Part shown: positions 54,971 to 56,863 of the stretch, piece after piece
How positions within the stretch are numbered: the stretch's first letter is position 1
Layout: each line of letters begins with the position of its first letter
Assembly (NCBI GenBank): GCA_964457135.1
Contig: CAYWED010000001.1
Coordinates: 1 to 56,863, forward strand
DNA from: an uncultured Muribaculaceae bacterium
GTDB lineage: Bacteria > Bacillota_I > Bacilli_A > RF39 > UBA660
DNA length: 56,863 nt
Direction: 5' to 3'
Made by a program: the position numbers and the translations under genes
Notes under the pieces: generated by a model
The model's database searches: none
Told to the model about the DNA's origin: nothing
What the model saw: only the letters and a program-made list of their open reading frames with translations

Positions 54971-56479
54971 TTATTGAGGTTCTAGTATTTTTTTTATGTA
55001 GTATTTTGAATTTTTTAATATTTCAGTATTGAATTTTTCTTTTCCTAAAGTTTCAATCATTGTTTTTTTGTTAGAGAATAAGTTCACTCCAAATCCTAGT
55101 TGTTCATCTTCTACTTTTGCTCCAAGGCTTGATAGTATAGTTGGGTACATATCAAGAGAAGAGAATTCTCGATTTTTTGTGTTTTCAGAGTTAACTCTTG
55201 AATTTATGAATGCATTATAAATTGTTCTTGTATAGTTTGGATAATCGTTATAATATTCATTTTGCATGGTTAGGTGGTCGCCTATTAATACTATTGTGGT
55301 GTTTTCATAAAAGTCTTGCTCTTTTAGCCAACTAACAAATTCGTTTACCATTTTTGAAGAGCAAGCATATGAATTAGATAATTTGTCTTCAAATAGTTCT
55401 TCACATGATTCATCTAGATAGCCGTCTTTAAAATGTGTATCCATTGTGAATATTGAAATAGCAAAAGGTTCTTCCTTGCTTGCTAGGTTTAATATCTCAT
55501 TTTTAGAGTATTCAAATAATTTTTTGTCTTCGAAGCCCCACCAAACATTATAATAGGAAGGTATATATCCTCTTTCTTTTGCTGTGTTTATATCAAATAT
55601 TTCATAATTACCGTGTGCTTTAAAGTATTTATCAACACCTGCAAATTTTATATTAGAGCCTTGTATAATTTCAAGATTGTAGTTTTCCTTTTCCAGTAAA
55701 TCTCCGAGTGTTGTAATACTCGGTATAATTCTTTTTTCTTCTTTATATTTGATTTGCTTTTGATTTAGGAGTGGAGTGCCAGATGTGCCTGCTACAGTAG
55801 AGGCGAGTGTCCAACTTGTGAGCGTTAGGTTGTAAGCTCCTCCTAGTTTTTCTGTGTTTGAAAAGTTTATATTTTCTAATGCTAAGTCTTCTAGTTCTCT
55901 AATTCTTGATGTAGGAAATGTTCCACCATTTTCAAGTGATGTTAAGGACGACTCCATGCTTTCTAAATATACAAGTACTAAATTATTTTTTTGTTCTGGG
56001 AAAGTTACTTTTACATTATTTGGTTTTTTATAGTATGTTTCATATATGTTAGTGGTTTTGCTCCTACTTTCTATGAATTTATCAAATGACATAGTTTTAA
56101 AGATTATTAATACACTTGTTATTAAAATTATTATTGAATATAGTAATTTGTGTTCATGAAATATTGTAGGGTAGATATTGATTTTTTTGTTTTTGGTATT
56201 TATAGAAATGTTCTTTTTAAAGTTAGAGATTGGCAAAAGTATGAGAAACATTATTAAGATGAATATGAAGAAACAGGCTTTTATTCCATCTAGAATAATA
56301 TCAGGTCCTGTTCCTGTTGTATCACTTGTAAAATAGTAAATCATTTCATAAAAGTTGACTTCTTTTAGTACTGTGATTATATAGTAAGCAACACAAAAGA
56401 TTATGTTTGATATTATTAGTATTATATATGGTATTGATAGTTTAAATTTTTTTAATACGTTTTTTAATTTAATTTTCAT
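54971..56479 (-). CDS. LtaS/MdoB-like phosphoglycerol (sulfatase-fold) transferase
   Basis: Start placed at the ATG at 56479, after AAGAGGTTGG. The longer ORF would run through the upstream terminator. About four N-terminal TM helices precede an extracellular alkaline-phosphatase-superfamily domain (..SWTLASTVAGTSGTP.., ..FTMDTHF.., ..IGDH..). Confidence 0.75.
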   Translation of the reverse strand: MKIKLKNVLKKFKLSIPYIILIISNIIFCVAYYIITVLKEVNFYEMIYYFTSDTTGTGPDIILDGIKACFFIFILIMFLILLPISNFKKNISINTKNKKINIYPTIFHEHKLLYSIIILITSVLIIFKTMSFDKFIESRSKTTNIYETYYKKPNNVKVTFPEQKNNLVLVYLESMESSLTSLENGGTFPTSRIRELEDLALENINFSNTEKLGGAYNLTLTSWTLASTVAGTSGTPLLNQKQIKYKEEKRIIPSITTLGDLLEKENYNLEIIQGSNIKFAGVDKYFKAHGNYEIFDINTAKERGYIPSYYNVWWGFEDKKLFEYSKNEILNLASKEEPFAISIFTMDTHFKDGYLDESCEELFEDKLSNSYACSSKMVNEFVSWLKEQDFYENTTIVLIGDHLTMQNEYYNDYPNYTRTIYNAFINSRVNSENTKNREFSSLDMYPTILSSLGAKVEDEQLGFGVNLFSNKKTMIETLGKEKFNTEILKNSKYYIKKILEPQ

Positions 56480-56535
56480 TTCCAACCTCTTTATAAAATT
56501 AAATTTTATGGTTATATTATATATGTCTACAATAT

Positions 56536-56559
56536 AAAAGACAACCAAATTGTGGTTGC
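56536..56559 (-). terminator. candidate terminator after the second Rpn gene
   Basis: On the minus strand: CAACCA-caatt-TGGTTG followed by TCTTTTAT. Confidence 0.4.
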
Positions 56560-56594
56560 TTATTGTATATTTTTACGTGCAAGAGTATTGGTTT

Positions 56595-56863
56595 TTACTC
56601 TTCTAAATTTTTCTTTAATGTTTCTACTTCACTTTTTGTTAATCCTGTGTTTAAACTTATCTCTTCTATTGTCATACTAGTATTTTTAAGTAAGTTTTTG
56701 GCTATTTCAAGTTTTCCTTCTTTTAGGCCTTCTTTGCGACCAATAGTTATTCCTTCTCTTTGTGCTTCCTCTACCTCAGTCTCTCTATCACTTTCAATTA
56801 ATGCTTGCTCTCTTGCATAATCTTGTACATAATCATTATTATTAAATCTTACCATTTTCTCTA
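56595..56863 (-). CDS. Rpn/YhgA-family nuclease, 3' part only (gene runs off the window)
   Basis: The reading frame is open to the window edge. The C-terminal module ..EG...G.KEGLKEGKLEIAKNLLKN..MTIEEIS..TGLTKSEVE.L. matches the tail of the Rpn gene at 27788-28915. Confidence 0.6.
   Translation of the reverse strand, partial: EKMVRFNNNDYVQDYAREQALIESDRETEVEEAQREGITIGRKEGLKEGKLEIAKNLLKNTSMTIEEISLNTGLTKSEVETLKKNLEE

Overview
This is a 56.9-kb, very AT-rich, gene-dense chromosomal segment that looks like a low-GC Gram-positive (Bacillota-type) genome. It uses the standard bacterial code: TGA is a genuine stop in several coupled genes and Trp is TGG. All family calls come from motif recognition by eye, with no database search.

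Layout:
- 0.1-5 kb: a CaCA-type cation antiporter, a YebC-family regulator and recG.
- 5.06-9.0 kb: a minus-strand operon of four tandem paralogous helical-repeat proteins. Their 35-aa units match the mTERF motif, a family characterised, to my knowledge, only in eukaryotic organelles. This is the most unusual content of the window.
- 9.1-13.5 kb: a divergent MarR regulator plus a heterodimeric ABC exporter with one degenerate ATP site.
- 13.6-19.1 kb: an S41-like and an HExxH protein pair, CcdA with a membrane thioredoxin, a membrane-tethered XRE regulator and an HD hydrolase.
- 19.3-19.43 kb: an orphan promoter-to-terminator unit, a candidate sRNA of about 100 nt.
- 19.5-27.6 kb: pyruvate:ferredoxin oxidoreductase, an Alg13/Alg14-type split glycosyltransferase pair (the Alg14 part fused to a GT4) and a P-type ATPase.
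- 27.8-56.9 kb, all minus strand: an approximately 27-kb cell-wall glycopolymer locus bracketed by two Rpn/YhgA-family nuclease genes. It holds GT2/GT4/GT32 transferases, Wzm/Wzt-type (TagG/TagH-like) exporter subunits, GtrA/GtrB/YfhO and GacI/GacJ-like lipid-linked decoration modules, several GT-C-like membrane proteins, a CDP-alcohol phosphatidyltransferase and an LtaS-like enzyme.

The locus is interrupted by two COG1373/DUF4143 AAA+ ATPase genes, each preceded by a repeat array with a period of about 33 bp, and by an AbiEi/AbiEii toxin-antitoxin cassette whose toxin is frameshifted. Its distal end is decaying: galE carries at least four frameshifts, and the adjacent 629-codon membrane gene carries one in-frame TGA.
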